The translations under genes were made by a program, and so were the position numbers. Positions 47,891 through 58,218 of a stretch of 64,000 nt of DNA are shown here, in pieces; within the stretch, counting starts at the first letter, position 1, and each line of letters begins with the position of its first letter. Origin of the DNA: an uncultured Gammaproteobacteria bacterium (GTDB taxonomy: Bacteria; Patescibacteriota; Patescibacteriia; UBA1558; GWA2-36-10); NCBI GenBank assembly GCA_964633905.1, contig CAZWIT010000001.1, positions 329-64,328 of the forward strand. The letters run 5' to 3'. Under the pieces are notes generated by a model. That model did no database searches, had not been told where the DNA came from, and was given only the letters and a program-made list of their open reading frames with translations.

Positions 47891-48178
47891 TTAAAATTGA
47901 CGTTTTTCTTTGTATTCTCTCACTCTTCTAATAAATTCTTCTATGTCGTCTTTGTGAATTAGTAATTCATGGTATTCACTAGGATCTCCTTGAAAGTGTA
48001 AATCTTCACCTAGACTTGGGTAACCTTCAATTTTTCCGTCTACATAACGACTGGCATATTGGCATTGTTGTTTAAGAAGGCCACGGGCAACATCGCCAAA
48101 ATTTACATAGCCATTTTCATCTATGTTAAATAATTCACCCTCAATTTCTATTTGATTTTTTGGTTTTTCAAATCTCAT
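47891..48178 (-). CDS. Hypothetical small acidic protein
   Basis: 95 aa with no motifs. Co-directional, lying between miaB and miaA. Confidence 0.45.
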   Translation of the reverse strand: MRFEKPKNQIEIEGELFNIDENGYVNFGDVARGLLKQQCQYASRYVDGKIEGYPSLGEDLHFQGDPSEYHELLIHKDDIEEFIRRVREYKEKRQF

Positions 48179-48186
48179 ATAATAAT

Positions 48187-49488
48187 TTATTTAATTATTT
48201 CTGCTTCCACGCCCCAATTTAAGGCTTTAGTAATTTTTACTTTATTAAATTCACCAATGGCCAACGGTTTTTTACTATTGATTTTAACGGTCGTGTAGTT
48301 AGACAGTTTACCCATGCTAAGATAATACTGACCAGATTTTTTACTTTGGTCAATGAGCACTAGACTAGTTTTACCAACTAGTTTTTTATTAAACTCTAGT
48401 GATTGTTGGCCGATTAGTTTATTTAGTTCTTGCCAGCGTTTCTTTTTTTCCTCTTTTTTAATATCATCTTTAAACATTTTAGCAGCGGTCGTGCCAATAC
48501 GGGCCGAGTATTGGGCAAAGTAAGCAGTGTTATACTTTACTTCTTTAACTAAGTCTAAAGTAGCCTGAAAATCAGTTTTGCTTTCAGTAGGAAAACCAAC
48601 AATAATATCAGTAGAAATAGCAAAATTAGGCAACTGCTGACGAATACTGCGCATTAATTTTTTATAACTTGACACTGTATAGTGTCGGTTCATTTTTTTA
48701 AGGATTGCGTCTGAACCAGATTGGATAGGTAAATGTAAATAAGGGCTTAAATTTTTACACTTAGACATTACTTTAATAAGTTCTGGTGACATGTCATAAG
48801 GATGGGAAGTTAAAAATTTGAGCCAAAAATTTTTCCCCAAGGTATCTACTTTTTTTAAAAGTTCTGGGAATTTTATTTCATCTTTTTTGTCCAAGCCGTA
48901 GCTATTTACATTTTGACCAAGTAAAATAATTTCTTTATAATTTTTTTTCAATAAGTCTTTTATTTCTTTTAATATCTCTTGGCTTGGGCGAGAAATTTCA
49001 CGACCCCTAGTATGTGGAACAGCACAATAGGTGCAAAATTTATTACAGCCAGTCATAATCGGCACATAGGCGCGGTAGCTAGAATAATAGCTGGGTTCAA
49101 TGCTAAAAAATTGCGGTAAAGCTAATTTTTCTTCAGGTGTCAATTTTTTGAGATCAGTAGCTAGATTTTCTAGATGATTAATATCAATAAACAAATCAAA
49201 TTTAGTAGCCAGTTTTTTGCGGTCAGCTGGCAAAACACAACCAGAAAGTAGGGTAATAAGCGGTCTTTTTTCTTTAAGTATTTGCCATTCACGTAGTTTG
49301 CCATAAATACGATCAACAGCCGCTTGTCTGACTGAGCAGGCAATAACCCCAACTAAATCAGCCTCGGCTTCATTTTTAGTTTCCTGGTAGCCTAGATTAG
49401 TTAAAACTGTAGCCAATCTTTCAGCGTCAGATGTGTTCATTTGACAACCAAAAATTATTAAGTGAAATTTTTTAGTTTTTTTAGGCAT
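48187..49488 (-). CDS. miaB: tRNA-i6A37 methylthiotransferase MiaB (radical SAM)
   Basis: MTTase N-domain, radical-SAM CNKFCTYCAVP motif, TRAM C-domain. Adjacent to miaA. Confidence 0.85.
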   Translation of the reverse strand: MPKKTKKFHLIIFGCQMNTSDAERLATVLTNLGYQETKNEAEADLVGVIACSVRQAAVDRIYGKLREWQILKEKRPLITLLSGCVLPADRKKLATKFDLFIDINHLENLATDLKKLTPEEKLALPQFFSIEPSYYSSYRAYVPIMTGCNKFCTYCAVPHTRGREISRPSQEILKEIKDLLKKNYKEIILLGQNVNSYGLDKKDEIKFPELLKKVDTLGKNFWLKFLTSHPYDMSPELIKVMSKCKNLSPYLHLPIQSGSDAILKKMNRHYTVSSYKKLMRSIRQQLPNFAISTDIIVGFPTESKTDFQATLDLVKEVKYNTAYFAQYSARIGTTAAKMFKDDIKKEEKKKRWQELNKLIGQQSLEFNKKLVGKTSLVLIDQSKKSGQYYLSMGKLSNYTTVKINSKKPLAIGEFNKVKITKALNWGVEAEIIK

Positions 49489-49490
49489 TG

Positions 49491-50909
49491 TTAAAGTACT
49501 TCATTGTCATGAGCGTGAGATTCGATCACACCAGCTGGGGTAATACGGATAAACTCGGCGTTGTTGCGCAATTCTGCTAGATTGCGGGCATTGCCGTAGC
49601 TCATGCCGGATTTTAAACCACCAATAAAATTATTGATAATATTTTGCACTGGCCCGCGATAGGGAACCCGAGCTTCAATACCTTCCGGAGTGATTTGATT
49701 AATTTTTTCTTTAGCGTCAGGCCGAGATAGAGCGGCAGTGAGAGAAGCCATGCCACGAGAGATTTTGTATTGGCGCCCTTTATAGGTCAGGGTTGGGCCA
49801 GGTGCTTCTTCGGTGCCAGCAAATTGTCCGCCAATCATGACAGTGTCAGCGCCAGCAGCTAAGGCTTTTACTACATCAGCTGCCTGTTTAATGCCACCGT
49901 CAGCAATCATAGGAATACCAGCGGCCTTGCAGACTGGAGCGATATTTAAGATAGCAGTTAGTTGCGGTACACCAAAACCAGTAGTAATACGGGTAGTGCA
50001 AATAGAACCAGGGCCAATACCAACTTTTACAGCATCAACGCCAGCTTCAATTAAGTCTTTGGCGGCTTGGGCGGTGGCAATATTACCGCCGATTAATTCT
50101 AATGCTGGCCAGCGTAATTTTACTTGTCTAATAGCATTAAGAGCATTATCGGAGTGTCCGTGCGCAATATCAATGACTAAAACATCAACGCCAGCTTCAA
50201 TTAAGCTTTGGGCGCGTAGCATAAAATCTTCCCGGACGCCAATAGCTGCACCGACCATGAGGCGGCCCTTGCTATCCTTGCTAGCGCCTTTGTGATTGTA
50301 GTTTTTGGCAATATCAGTAGCAGTAATTAATCCTTTGATTTTAAAATTGATATCTACTAAAGGTAGTTTTTCTATTTTATGAGTAGCAAGTAGTTGTTTA
50401 GCTTCGATTATATTGATATCGTGGCTAGCAGTGATTAGTCTAGCTCGCGGTGTCATTAGGTTTTTGACTTGAGCATTTTCGTCATTAGCAAACATCAAGT
50501 CGCGACTAGTCAAAATGCCCAAAAGAGTATTATTATCATCACTAACTAAAAAGCTCTTACAATTTAGTTCTTGGATTTTTTCTTTTACTTCTTTGATGGT
50601 ATTTTCGGGGAAAATCGTAAATGGTTTATCAATAATAATATTTTGGGTACGTTTTACTTTTTCTACTTCTTTGGCTTGTGTGTGAATATCGCAAAAACGG
50701 TGAATAATGCCAATGCCGCCGGAAAGAGCCATGGCAATAGCCATGCGGCTTTCGGTGACGGTGTCCATATTAGCGCTGACTAAAGGTATATTTAAGCTAA
50801 TATTTTTGGAAAGCTTGGTGCCAGTATTTGAGTCGTTGCGAGAACGTAAAGATGATTTTTTTGGCACTAATAAAACATCATCGTAAGTTAAAGCGGTTTT
50901 GATTTCCAT
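49491..50909 (-). CDS. guaB: IMP dehydrogenase
   Basis: N-terminal YDDVLLVP, paired CBS domains, catalytic [11 protein letters not shown] loop. Length 472 aa. Confidence 0.9.
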   Translation of the reverse strand: MEIKTALTYDDVLLVPKKSSLRSRNDSNTGTKLSKNISLNIPLVSANMDTVTESRMAIAMALSGGIGIIHRFCDIHTQAKEVEKVKRTQNIIIDKPFTIFPENTIKEVKEKIQELNCKSFLVSDDNNTLLGILTSRDLMFANDENAQVKNLMTPRARLITASHDINIIEAKQLLATHKIEKLPLVDINFKIKGLITATDIAKNYNHKGASKDSKGRLMVGAAIGVREDFMLRAQSLIEAGVDVLVIDIAHGHSDNALNAIRQVKLRWPALELIGGNIATAQAAKDLIEAGVDAVKVGIGPGSICTTRITTGFGVPQLTAILNIAPVCKAAGIPMIADGGIKQAADVVKALAAGADTVMIGGQFAGTEEAPGPTLTYKGRQYKISRGMASLTAALSRPDAKEKINQITPEGIEARVPYRGPVQNIINNFIGGLKSGMSYGNARNLAELRNNAEFIRITPAGVIESHAHDNEVL

Positions 50910-50928
50910 ATTATTTTTTGAGCTTTAA

Positions 50929-52686
50929 TTATAACAAGTCTAAACTACGATTTTTGATTTGAGTTTTTATTTTGGTGATGAATTTTTGTTTGTCGATATT
51001 GAGTAGATCTTTTTGACCTCGGACTCTGACTGCTAAATCTTTCGAATCCATTTCTTTGTCGCCAATAACTAGTACATAAGGCACTTTTTCGTGAGCGGAT
51101 TTACGGATTTTGTTGCCAACAGTTTCGGCAAGTTCATCTAGCTCGACGCGGATACCTTCGGTAATAAATTCAGCTGCTAATTTTTTAGCAAATTCAACAT
51201 GAGGAGAGGCAACGGTCAATATTTTTATCTGTACGGGGGATAGCCATACAGGAAAATTACCAGCTAGGTGTTCAATTAAATTAGAAGAAAATCTTTCAAT
51301 TGATCCCATGATAGCACAGTGAATCATGACAATACGTTCTTTATTTCCTTGTTCATTATTACAAAATAAATCAAATCTTTCAGGCATATTGAAATCTAGT
51401 TGGACAGTAGCTACTTGGTGCTCTCTACCAATGGAATCTTTGGCCATAAAATCTATTTTTGGTCCATAAAAAGCCGCTTCGCCTACGCCTTCTACGAAAT
51501 CCATTTTATTTTCTTTTAATAAAGTGCGTAATTCTTCTTCCATTTGCTCCCACATTTTTTCATTACCTAGATAGTTTTTCATATTAGCACTATCATGTAT
51601 TGATAACCTCCTAGTTAGAGGGAAGCCAAAAGTTCCATAAAAATTTTGGATAATATCTATGACATTAGCTATTTCTTGGCGCATTTGATTGACGCGACAA
51701 AAAACATGAGCATCATCTTGAGTAATACAACGAACTCTTTGTAGACCAGATAGTTCGCCACTTTGCTCATCGCGGTAGACCATAGTTGTTTCAGCATAGC
51801 GCTGCGGCAGATCACGGTAGCTACGCGGTAAGTGGGCATAGATTTGAGTATGATGAGGGCAATTCATTGGCTTCATAACAAAATCATGTTCTTCACGAGT
51901 TTTTATTTTAAATAATTCTTCAGCAAATTTTTCCCAATGGCCGCTAGTCTCATATAGCTCCTTTTTAGTTATATGTGGAATAGCTACTCTTTCATAGCCA
52001 TATTTTTTACGTAATTCCCAGACATAGTTATCTAATTCTTGGCGCATAACAGTGCCTTTTGGTGTCCAAAGCGGTAAACCAGCGCCCACTAAATCAGAAA
52101 ATGTAAATAAGTCTAAATCTTTACCAAGTTTTCGATGATCGCGGAGTTTTGCTTGCTCCAACATGTTTAAATGCACAGCCAGTTCTTTGCGTGTGGCAAA
52201 AGCTAAACCATAAATACGAGTCATCATTTCCCGTTTTTCATCACCGTGCCAGTAAGCGCCAGCTAAATGGGTGAGTTTAAAACCGTCTAAGGGGATTTCT
52301 TTAGAATTAGAGACATGGGGTCCAGCACATAAATCTTCAAAATCTCCAGAAGCATAAAAAGTTATTTCTTCATTTTCAGGCAAATCATTTACCAGTTCTT
52401 CTTTAAAATTTTGAGCTTGGGCTTTGATTTTTTTAAGAGCATCTTTACGGCTAGCAGCTGATTTTTTGAAATCAATATTTTGTTTGATAATCTCGCACAT
52501 ACTTTCTTCTAGCTCTGGTAAATCAGTGTCTGATAATTTTCCCGGTAAAATAAAGTCATAATAAAAGCCATTATCAATCACTGGGCCAATGCCTAGTTTG
52601 GCTTTAGGAAATTTTTTTAAAACCGCCATAGCCATGATATGGGAGAGTGAATGGCGAATTTTGTGAATTTGTTCTTCTTTATTCAT
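50929..52686 (-). CDS. thrS: Threonyl-tRNA synthetase (short form lacking the N-terminal TGS extension)
   Basis: Class II aaRS motifs, HRKLGKDLDLF, C-terminal anticodon-binding domain. Preferred start is ATG 52686 (MNKEEQ...). The upstream in-frame ATG 52722 lies inside the conserved leader hairpin. Confidence 0.85.
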   Translation of the reverse strand: MNKEEQIHKIRHSLSHIMAMAVLKKFPKAKLGIGPVIDNGFYYDFILPGKLSDTDLPELEESMCEIIKQNIDFKKSAASRKDALKKIKAQAQNFKEELVNDLPENEEITFYASGDFEDLCAGPHVSNSKEIPLDGFKLTHLAGAYWHGDEKREMMTRIYGLAFATRKELAVHLNMLEQAKLRDHRKLGKDLDLFTFSDLVGAGLPLWTPKGTVMRQELDNYVWELRKKYGYERVAIPHITKKELYETSGHWEKFAEELFKIKTREEHDFVMKPMNCPHHTQIYAHLPRSYRDLPQRYAETTMVYRDEQSGELSGLQRVRCITQDDAHVFCRVNQMRQEIANVIDIIQNFYGTFGFPLTRRLSIHDSANMKNYLGNEKMWEQMEEELRTLLKENKMDFVEGVGEAAFYGPKIDFMAKDSIGREHQVATVQLDFNMPERFDLFCNNEQGNKERIVMIHCAIMGSIERFSSNLIEHLAGNFPVWLSPVQIKILTVASPHVEFAKKLAAEFITEGIRVELDELAETVGNKIRKSAHEKVPYVLVIGDKEMDSKDLAVRVRGQKDLLNIDKQKFITKIKTQIKNRSLDLL

Positions 52687-52760
52687 ATGTTTTTTTGTAT
52701 ACCCCTTCTGCCCGGCGGGCATCTCCCTCTAATTTAGAGGGAGAAAAAGAAGGGGTAAAA
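52687..52760 (-). promoter_or_regulatory. Structured 5' leader element, copy B (homologue of 46204-46282), between the T-box terminator and the thrS start
   Basis: The minus strand reads taccccTTCTtttt-TCTCCCTCTAAATTAGAGGGAGA-tg-cccgccggg-CAGAAGGGG-tatacaaaaaaacat-ATG. ccccttct pairs perfectly with agaagggg. Hairpin 1 differs from copy A by compensatory C-to-T and G-to-A changes. Confidence 0.6.
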
Positions 52761-52774
52761 TTAATATTTTAAAT

Positions 52775-52965
52775 TAAAAAATCCCAAAGAACAATCGTTC
52801 TTGGGACCCACAGCAGAGGGCGGTTCCACCCAAGTTTCCCCAAAAAAAGAGGACACTTAATTTTTTTAGACTTAGGCCTTTTTGGCATCCATTTAGGAGA
52901 ATAGTTGGTAGCTATTCCAATCGTCTAAAGCGTTATTTATTATAGCTTAAAGAAGTGTAATTTGT
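52775..52965 (-). promoter_or_regulatory. T-box riboswitch leader (Thr specifier candidate) upstream of thrS
   Basis: The minus strand carries AACTTGGGTGGAACCGCCC, matching the T-box consensus AAnnnGGGUGGnACCGCG. It is followed by a terminator hairpin cccaagaacgattgttctttggg plus AUUUUUU. The 5' half of the terminator overlaps the T-box, giving antiterminator geometry. An upstream segment GCUACCAACU offers an ACC (Thr) codon followed by A as a specifier. Confidence 0.55.
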
Positions 52966-52970
52966 CAAAA

Positions 52971-54098
52971 TTACTCAATAATAATATGATCTTTTAAATT
53001 TGGAGCTTTTTTAACCCACCATGGGAAAAATTTTACTTCTACTTGATCAATATTAAGTTCATCGGTTAAATATTTTTTGATACCAGCTTCATCTAAGCCT
53101 AAAATCTTTTCTTTATCAATAGACCAGGTTTTAGAATTAGAGTTTATTTTAGCTTCTAGATTTACTTCAATAACGGCTGAATTATTGGCTGTATCAATTT
53201 CAGAAATTTGATAGCTAAATTGTTTTGGTAAAAATTCTATTAAACTTTGACTACTATCTAAATTTTTAATAAATTTATTTTCCGCCATTTTTTTAAGATC
53301 AGCAAGAGAAAATACTAAACCGTAGGCAGTAAATTTTTGTTTTAAATCACAAGTCGGGCTATTTTGACCAATGTAGCTAGTATCAATTGTTTCGCTTTTT
53401 AAAAATATACGTTCAGCATCAATTTTTAAATTATCAGACAAACTAGTATTAATAGTATCTAAGGCTTGGCTAGTTGCTTGTTTTTTTAATTCACTTTTAG
53501 CTTGTTCTAAATTTTCGGCACTAACTATATAAGTAGGTAAACTTTCCAGTTTGAAACCATCTTTGCTTTCAGCATAAATTTTATCTTGTAAACCTTCCCA
53601 AAGTCCGGGAATAGTAAGTTTGCCTGGCTCCATCACCGCATCAGCACCAGCTTCATCGGCAATAGCCCAAACAGTAACACTGCCACCAATCGGAATATTT
53701 ACTTTTTCTTGAATGCGATAAATTTTATTGTCACTAGAGAGTAGGCGGGTAGTTTTGACCAAGGTCTGATCTTTGGAATAATTATTATAAATAGTCACTA
53801 GTCCTTGAGCAGATTCGCTTAAAGTAGTAGTGCTTTGACTAGGTATACTAATAGCGAGTTCTAATTCGGTATTTAATATTTTACCCAAGATGGCTTCGTT
53901 GTTTACGTTTTCGCTATTTTCAGCTTGCAAAGGAATGATGATTTTTTCGTTTTTGTTTTCAACTTGGCTAAAAATTTTAATAGTAGTTTTAGTTAAAGCA
54001 AAATTTAAAATCAAAAAAATAGCCGCTACCGTTAAAATGAGCAGGGCAATAATAATTTTAGTATAAAGGCGATTATGATTGTTTACTTTTTTAGTCAT
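52971..54098 (-). CDS. Hypothetical membrane-anchored extracytoplasmic protein
   Basis: N-terminal TM anchor (IIIALLILTVAAIFLILNF), 375 aa, no motifs. Confidence 0.5.
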   Translation of the reverse strand: MTKKVNNHNRLYTKIIIALLILTVAAIFLILNFALTKTTIKIFSQVENKNEKIIIPLQAENSENVNNEAILGKILNTELELAISIPSQSTTTLSESAQGLVTIYNNYSKDQTLVKTTRLLSSDNKIYRIQEKVNIPIGGSVTVWAIADEAGADAVMEPGKLTIPGLWEGLQDKIYAESKDGFKLESLPTYIVSAENLEQAKSELKKQATSQALDTINTSLSDNLKIDAERIFLKSETIDTSYIGQNSPTCDLKQKFTAYGLVFSLADLKKMAENKFIKNLDSSQSLIEFLPKQFSYQISEIDTANNSAVIEVNLEAKINSNSKTWSIDKEKILGLDEAGIKKYLTDELNIDQVEVKFFPWWVKKAPNLKDHIIIE

Positions 54099-54149
54099 AG
54101 ATAAGATAGCTTACTTTGAGCTTATTATACCAAAAAAATTGATTTAAAT

Positions 54150-57100
54150 CTAATTATTAGTCAGTTGCCAAGACTGAGGGCCAAAGAGTTTTATAATTTC
54201 ATTTTGGAGTTCTGGTTCTGGTAAAACTTTAATGTCAGTTTTAACTTTACGTACTTGGCCATTGTGGATTTCTAAATAAACCGGCGTACTGCCTTTGTGG
54301 CTTTCTAGAATTTTTTTCAAATCACCTAGTTTATTTTTATGAAAATCATGAGGCAGGCGAATGCAGAGCCGATTTTTAGAAAAATTAGCAGCCTTGACTT
54401 CTTGTAAAAATTGAGGGTTTAAAATTTTGGCATTTTCAACCAGGATTTTAGCTTGACCGTCTTTATCGGATACCTTGCCTTCAACTATTACTTTTTGTTC
54501 GTCGTTCCAAAGGCCATAGGTTTTTTCTAAGGTTTTAGGAAAAACTAATAACTCTGTTTGTGTTACTGAATCTTCAATAGTCACAAACATCATGGCCTGA
54601 CCTTTGTGGGTGGTGATTTTTTGGATAGCAGTAATAATGCCAGCTACTCGGACGTTTTGGCCAGCTAAATTTTTTAGAGTTTTTAAAGGAGTAATTTTTT
54701 CTTTAAGTAATTGATAATCACCTGAAAAAGGATGATTGCTTAAATATAAGCCTAATAATTCTTTTTCCCAAGAAAGTTTGCGGTTAGTTTCAATATCCGG
54801 ATAATCGTCAAGCTTGAGCGATAACATGGAAGCAGACAATGGTAAATCAGCAAATAAATTATTTTGACCGTTTTTTTGTTCGTTTTGAATTTTTTTATGA
54901 AATTCTAGTAATTTTTCTAAATTACCCAAAGCTTGTCCGCGAGAAACAAGGGAATCAAGGGCTCCGCACTTACTCAAACTTTCTAAGGATTTTTTATTTA
55001 AATCTTTATCTTTGATACGCAGTAAAAAGTCTTCTAAAGATTTGTAAGGGCCATTGAGTTTTCGTTCTTGGATAATGACTTTGGCAATATTTTCACCGAC
55101 ATTTTTAATAGCGTGCAGACCAAAGCGAATCTTACCAAGTTTATTAGGATCTTCTTTATTAACTACTACAGCAAAATTGCCAAAGCTTTCGTTAACATCG
55201 GGCGGTAAAACTTCAATACCCATTTTACGGCATTCGTTGATTTCAATAGTTACTCTGTCAATATTATTTTGGTCAGAGGAGAGTAGAGCAGCCATAAAAG
55301 CCTCGGGGTAGTTACTTTTTAGATAAGCAGTTTGATAGGAAATCATGGCATAGCAGGCAGCGTGGGAGCGATTAAAACCATAGCGAGCAAAAGGAATAAT
55401 AAAGTCCCAGATTTTTTGGGCAGTTTTTTTGTCCAAGCCATTTTTGACCATGCCAGCCACCATGGCCACTTCTTGTTCTTGTAATAGTTCTTTGATTTTT
55501 TTACCTACTGCTTTACGCAAAACATCAGCTTGACCATAGCTAAAGCCAGCCAAGTCTCTAGCAATGCGCATGATTTGTTCTTGATAAACAGCAATGCCGT
55601 AAGTATTTTTTAAAATTGGCTCTAGTTTAGGATGCAAATAAGTAACTTGTTTATTGCCGTGTTTGCCATTGATAAAATCGGGAATAAATTCCATTGGACC
55701 AGGTCGGTACAAAGCTACCATAGCAATAATATCTTCTAGTTCCGAAGGCTTGAGTTGTTTTAAATAACGCTTCATGCCGCCAGATTCTAATTGGAAGACG
55801 CCAGTAGTTTCACCGCGTTGTAAAAGGGCGAAAGTTTTAGCATCGCCTAAAGGTATGGCATCAATATCAATTTTTATTTTTTTAGTAGCTTCAATAACAG
55901 CAATAGTTTGTTCTAGAATGGTTAAGTTTTTTAAACCCAAGAAATCCATTTTCAAAAGTCCCAAATCTTCAACTGGATGCAAGGAGTATTGAGAAATAAT
56001 AGTTTTATCATCCGAGCTGGCATATTGCAAAGGCGTGTAGTTAACCAATGGTTCTTTAGTAATCAAGACACCGCAAGCATGAGTGGAAGTGTGTCTAGCT
56101 AAACCTTCTACTTTTTTAGCCATATCCAAAAGACGTTGGGCTTCTAAGTCTTCATTGTGTATTTTTTTGAGTTCATCTACAGTTTCCAAAGCCTCATTTA
56201 AAGAAGAAAACATGGGGATTAACTTGGCAATTTGATCGCAGTAACCATAAGAATAGCCCATAACCCTACCAACATCACGGACCGAAGCCCGAGCCGCCAT
56301 GGTACCAAAGGTGATAATCTGACAAACATGGTCTTTGCCATATTTATTTTCGACATATTTAATAACGGCATCGCGTCCGGTGTCGGCAAAGTCCATATCA
56401 ATATCGGGCATGGATACACGTTCGGGATTTAAAAATCTTTCAAATAACAAATCGTATTTAATTGGGTCAATGTTAGTAATACCAATTAAAAATGAGATCA
56501 AACTACCGGCCGCAGAACCTCTGCCTGGGCCAACTACAATTTTTTGTTGCTTAGCCCAGTTAACAAAATCTTGCACAATTAAAAAATAGGAAGCAAAACC
56601 AGTTTTAGTAATAATGTCTAGTTCATAGTTTAAGCGCTCTTGTATTTCTTTAGGGGCGTCATGATAGCTGTAGCCAAAGCGTTTAGGTACGCCCTCCAAG
56701 CTTAAACGCTTTAATTCTTCTTCAGCAGTAAGTCCCTCAGGTAGTTCGTAGTTAGGTAATTGAATTTGTCCTAAAGGTATTTCTACTTCACAGCGATCAG
56801 CTAGCGCTTGAGTATTAGTAATTGCCTCAGGTATATCTGGAAATAGTTGGGAAAATTGTTCTTCACTATACATGGAATAATTTTCACCCAAATAAGTCAT
56901 GCGCTCTTTGTCGGCTTGTTTGTGTTTAGTTTGAATACAAAGTAAAACATCATGCGCTTGATCATCTTCGCTGTTTACATAATGAATATCATTTGTCAGT
57001 ATTAGGGGCAGTTGATATTTACTGGCTAATTTTTTTAAACCATCATTAACAATTTTTTGTTCAGGAAAATTACGCCATTGTAATTCTAAATATACATTGT

Positions 57101-57593
57101 TAGTACCAAAAATATCCAAAAGATTTTTAAGCATTAGTTCGGCCGTATCAGCTTGGCCGCCTTTTAAGTGTCGCGCTAAAGGTCCGTTTAAACAGGCAGT
57201 GGTAGCAATTAAGCCAGCGCTGTATTTTTTGAGAGTTGCCCAATCTATGCGTGGTTTATAATAATAGCCTTCTAAATGGGCGATGGTAGTGAGTTGGAGT
57301 AAATTTTTATAACCCTGGTAATCTTTAGCTAGCAGTATTAAGTGGTATGGTTTTTCCCGTGAACTTTTGTCATCTAAAGTAGTTGGTGAAACATAGGCTT
57401 CTACGCCAATAATTGGTTTAAGGCCATTTTTTTTGCATTTTTGGTAAAATTCAATTGTGCCATACATAACACCATGGTCAGTCAGAGCCAAAGCAGTAGC
57501 GCCATTATTTTTGGCGCGCTTGATTAAATCATCGATAGTGCCTAAACCATCAAGTAAGCTATAGTGTGAGTGAGTATGGAGGTGAACAAACAT
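54150..57593 (-). CDS. dnaE: DNA polymerase III alpha subunit
   Basis: N-terminal PHP domain (MFVHLHTHSHYSLLDG), polymerase core, HhH, C-terminal OB fold. Length 1147 aa. Confidence 0.9.
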   Translation of the reverse strand: MFVHLHTHSHYSLLDGLGTIDDLIKRAKNNGATALALTDHGVMYGTIEFYQKCKKNGLKPIIGVEAYVSPTTLDDKSSREKPYHLILLAKDYQGYKNLLQLTTIAHLEGYYYKPRIDWATLKKYSAGLIATTACLNGPLARHLKGGQADTAELMLKNLLDIFGTNNVYLELQWRNFPEQKIVNDGLKKLASKYQLPLILTNDIHYVNSEDDQAHDVLLCIQTKHKQADKERMTYLGENYSMYSEEQFSQLFPDIPEAITNTQALADRCEVEIPLGQIQLPNYELPEGLTAEEELKRLSLEGVPKRFGYSYHDAPKEIQERLNYELDIITKTGFASYFLIVQDFVNWAKQQKIVVGPGRGSAAGSLISFLIGITNIDPIKYDLLFERFLNPERVSMPDIDMDFADTGRDAVIKYVENKYGKDHVCQIITFGTMAARASVRDVGRVMGYSYGYCDQIAKLIPMFSSLNEALETVDELKKIHNEDLEAQRLLDMAKKVEGLARHTSTHACGVLITKEPLVNYTPLQYASSDDKTIISQYSLHPVEDLGLLKMDFLGLKNLTILEQTIAVIEATKKIKIDIDAIPLGDAKTFALLQRGETTGVFQLESGGMKRYLKQLKPSELEDIIAMVALYRPGPMEFIPDFINGKHGNKQVTYLHPKLEPILKNTYGIAVYQEQIMRIARDLAGFSYGQADVLRKAVGKKIKELLQEQEVAMVAGMVKNGLDKKTAQKIWDFIIPFARYGFNRSHAACYAMISYQTAYLKSNYPEAFMAALLSSDQNNIDRVTIEINECRKMGIEVLPPDVNESFGNFAVVVNKEDPNKLGKIRFGLHAIKNVGENIAKVIIQERKLNGPYKSLEDFLLRIKDKDLNKKSLESLSKCGALDSLVSRGQALGNLEKLLEFHKKIQNEQKNGQNNLFADLPLSASMLSLKLDDYPDIETNRKLSWEKELLGLYLSNHPFSGDYQLLKEKITPLKTLKNLAGQNVRVAGIITAIQKITTHKGQAMMFVTIEDSVTQTELLVFPKTLEKTYGLWNDEQKVIVEGKVSDKDGQAKILVENAKILNPQFLQEVKAANFSKNRLCIRLPHDFHKNKLGDLKKILESHKGSTPVYLEIHNGQVRKVKTDIKVLPEPELQNEIIKLFGPQSWQLTNN

Positions 57594-57638
57594 TTATTTT
57601 TTGCTTCCAAATTTATTTAAAAGTGTTAATAGAGTCCA

Positions 57639-57716
57639 CCCCGTCAAATAAAATTTAAGCAAAGCTTAAATTTTAGATTTAAATTAATTTTATTAATTTA
57701 AATCTATTTGACGGGG
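57639..57716. repeat. Long imperfect AT-rich inverted repeat (ccccgtcaaata ... tatttgacgggg with a nested ttaagcaaagcttaa palindrome)
   Basis: 12-bp perfect arms at 57639-57650 and 57705-57716, with extended partial pairing. Located between the DUF948 gene stop and the dnaE start. Confidence 0.6.
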
Positions 57717-57796
57717 TAAATTAAAAACCGATAGCAAGAATATCAAACATATTTTAGTTATCGGATGTCCTATCCTCTAATTAAAGATAGGTATTT

Positions 57797-58183
57797 TTAT
57801 TTTTGTTCTTTGTTTTTGTTTGTGCGGCGTTTTTCGGATTTATCTCGGATAATGCCAACTACTTGTTCGCCTAATTTTAACATTAAACTACCCCAAGCAG
57901 CTAAATGACTGGTTTTGCTTTTTAAATTTTCCATGCCAGTTTCAATAGAAGTGGTTATTTTTTGGATGCCTTCTAAAGTTTTATTGATATTTTTTAAGGT
58001 TTTGGCCATTTGATACAAAAGCCAAGCAAGTAATAAGGCTACGATTAGTACTGAAAAGCCAAGTAACCAATTTAAAATATCCTGCGAGGTGTTAAACATA
58101 TAATTTTTAAAATTATTTTGTAACTTAAGGCTATTATACCACAAATTTATAATCGTTGCCAAATTATTGGATTTATCTAGCAA
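57797..58183 (-). CDS. DUF948-like small membrane protein (YtxG-like); start may be the internal ATG near 58097
   Basis: Single TM helix (WLLGFSVLIVALLLAWLLY) followed by a coiled-coil with a conserved KTL..I layout, as in DUF948 proteins. Confidence 0.5.
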   Translation of the reverse strand: MLDKSNNLATIINLWYNSLKLQNNFKNYMFNTSQDILNWLLGFSVLIVALLLAWLLYQMAKTLKNINKTLEGIQKITTSIETGMENLKSKTSHLAAWGSLMLKLGEQVVGIIRDKSEKRRTNKNKEQK

Positions 58184-58218
58184 GTTGTTGTATAATTAAA
58201 AATAATATTTAACTATTT

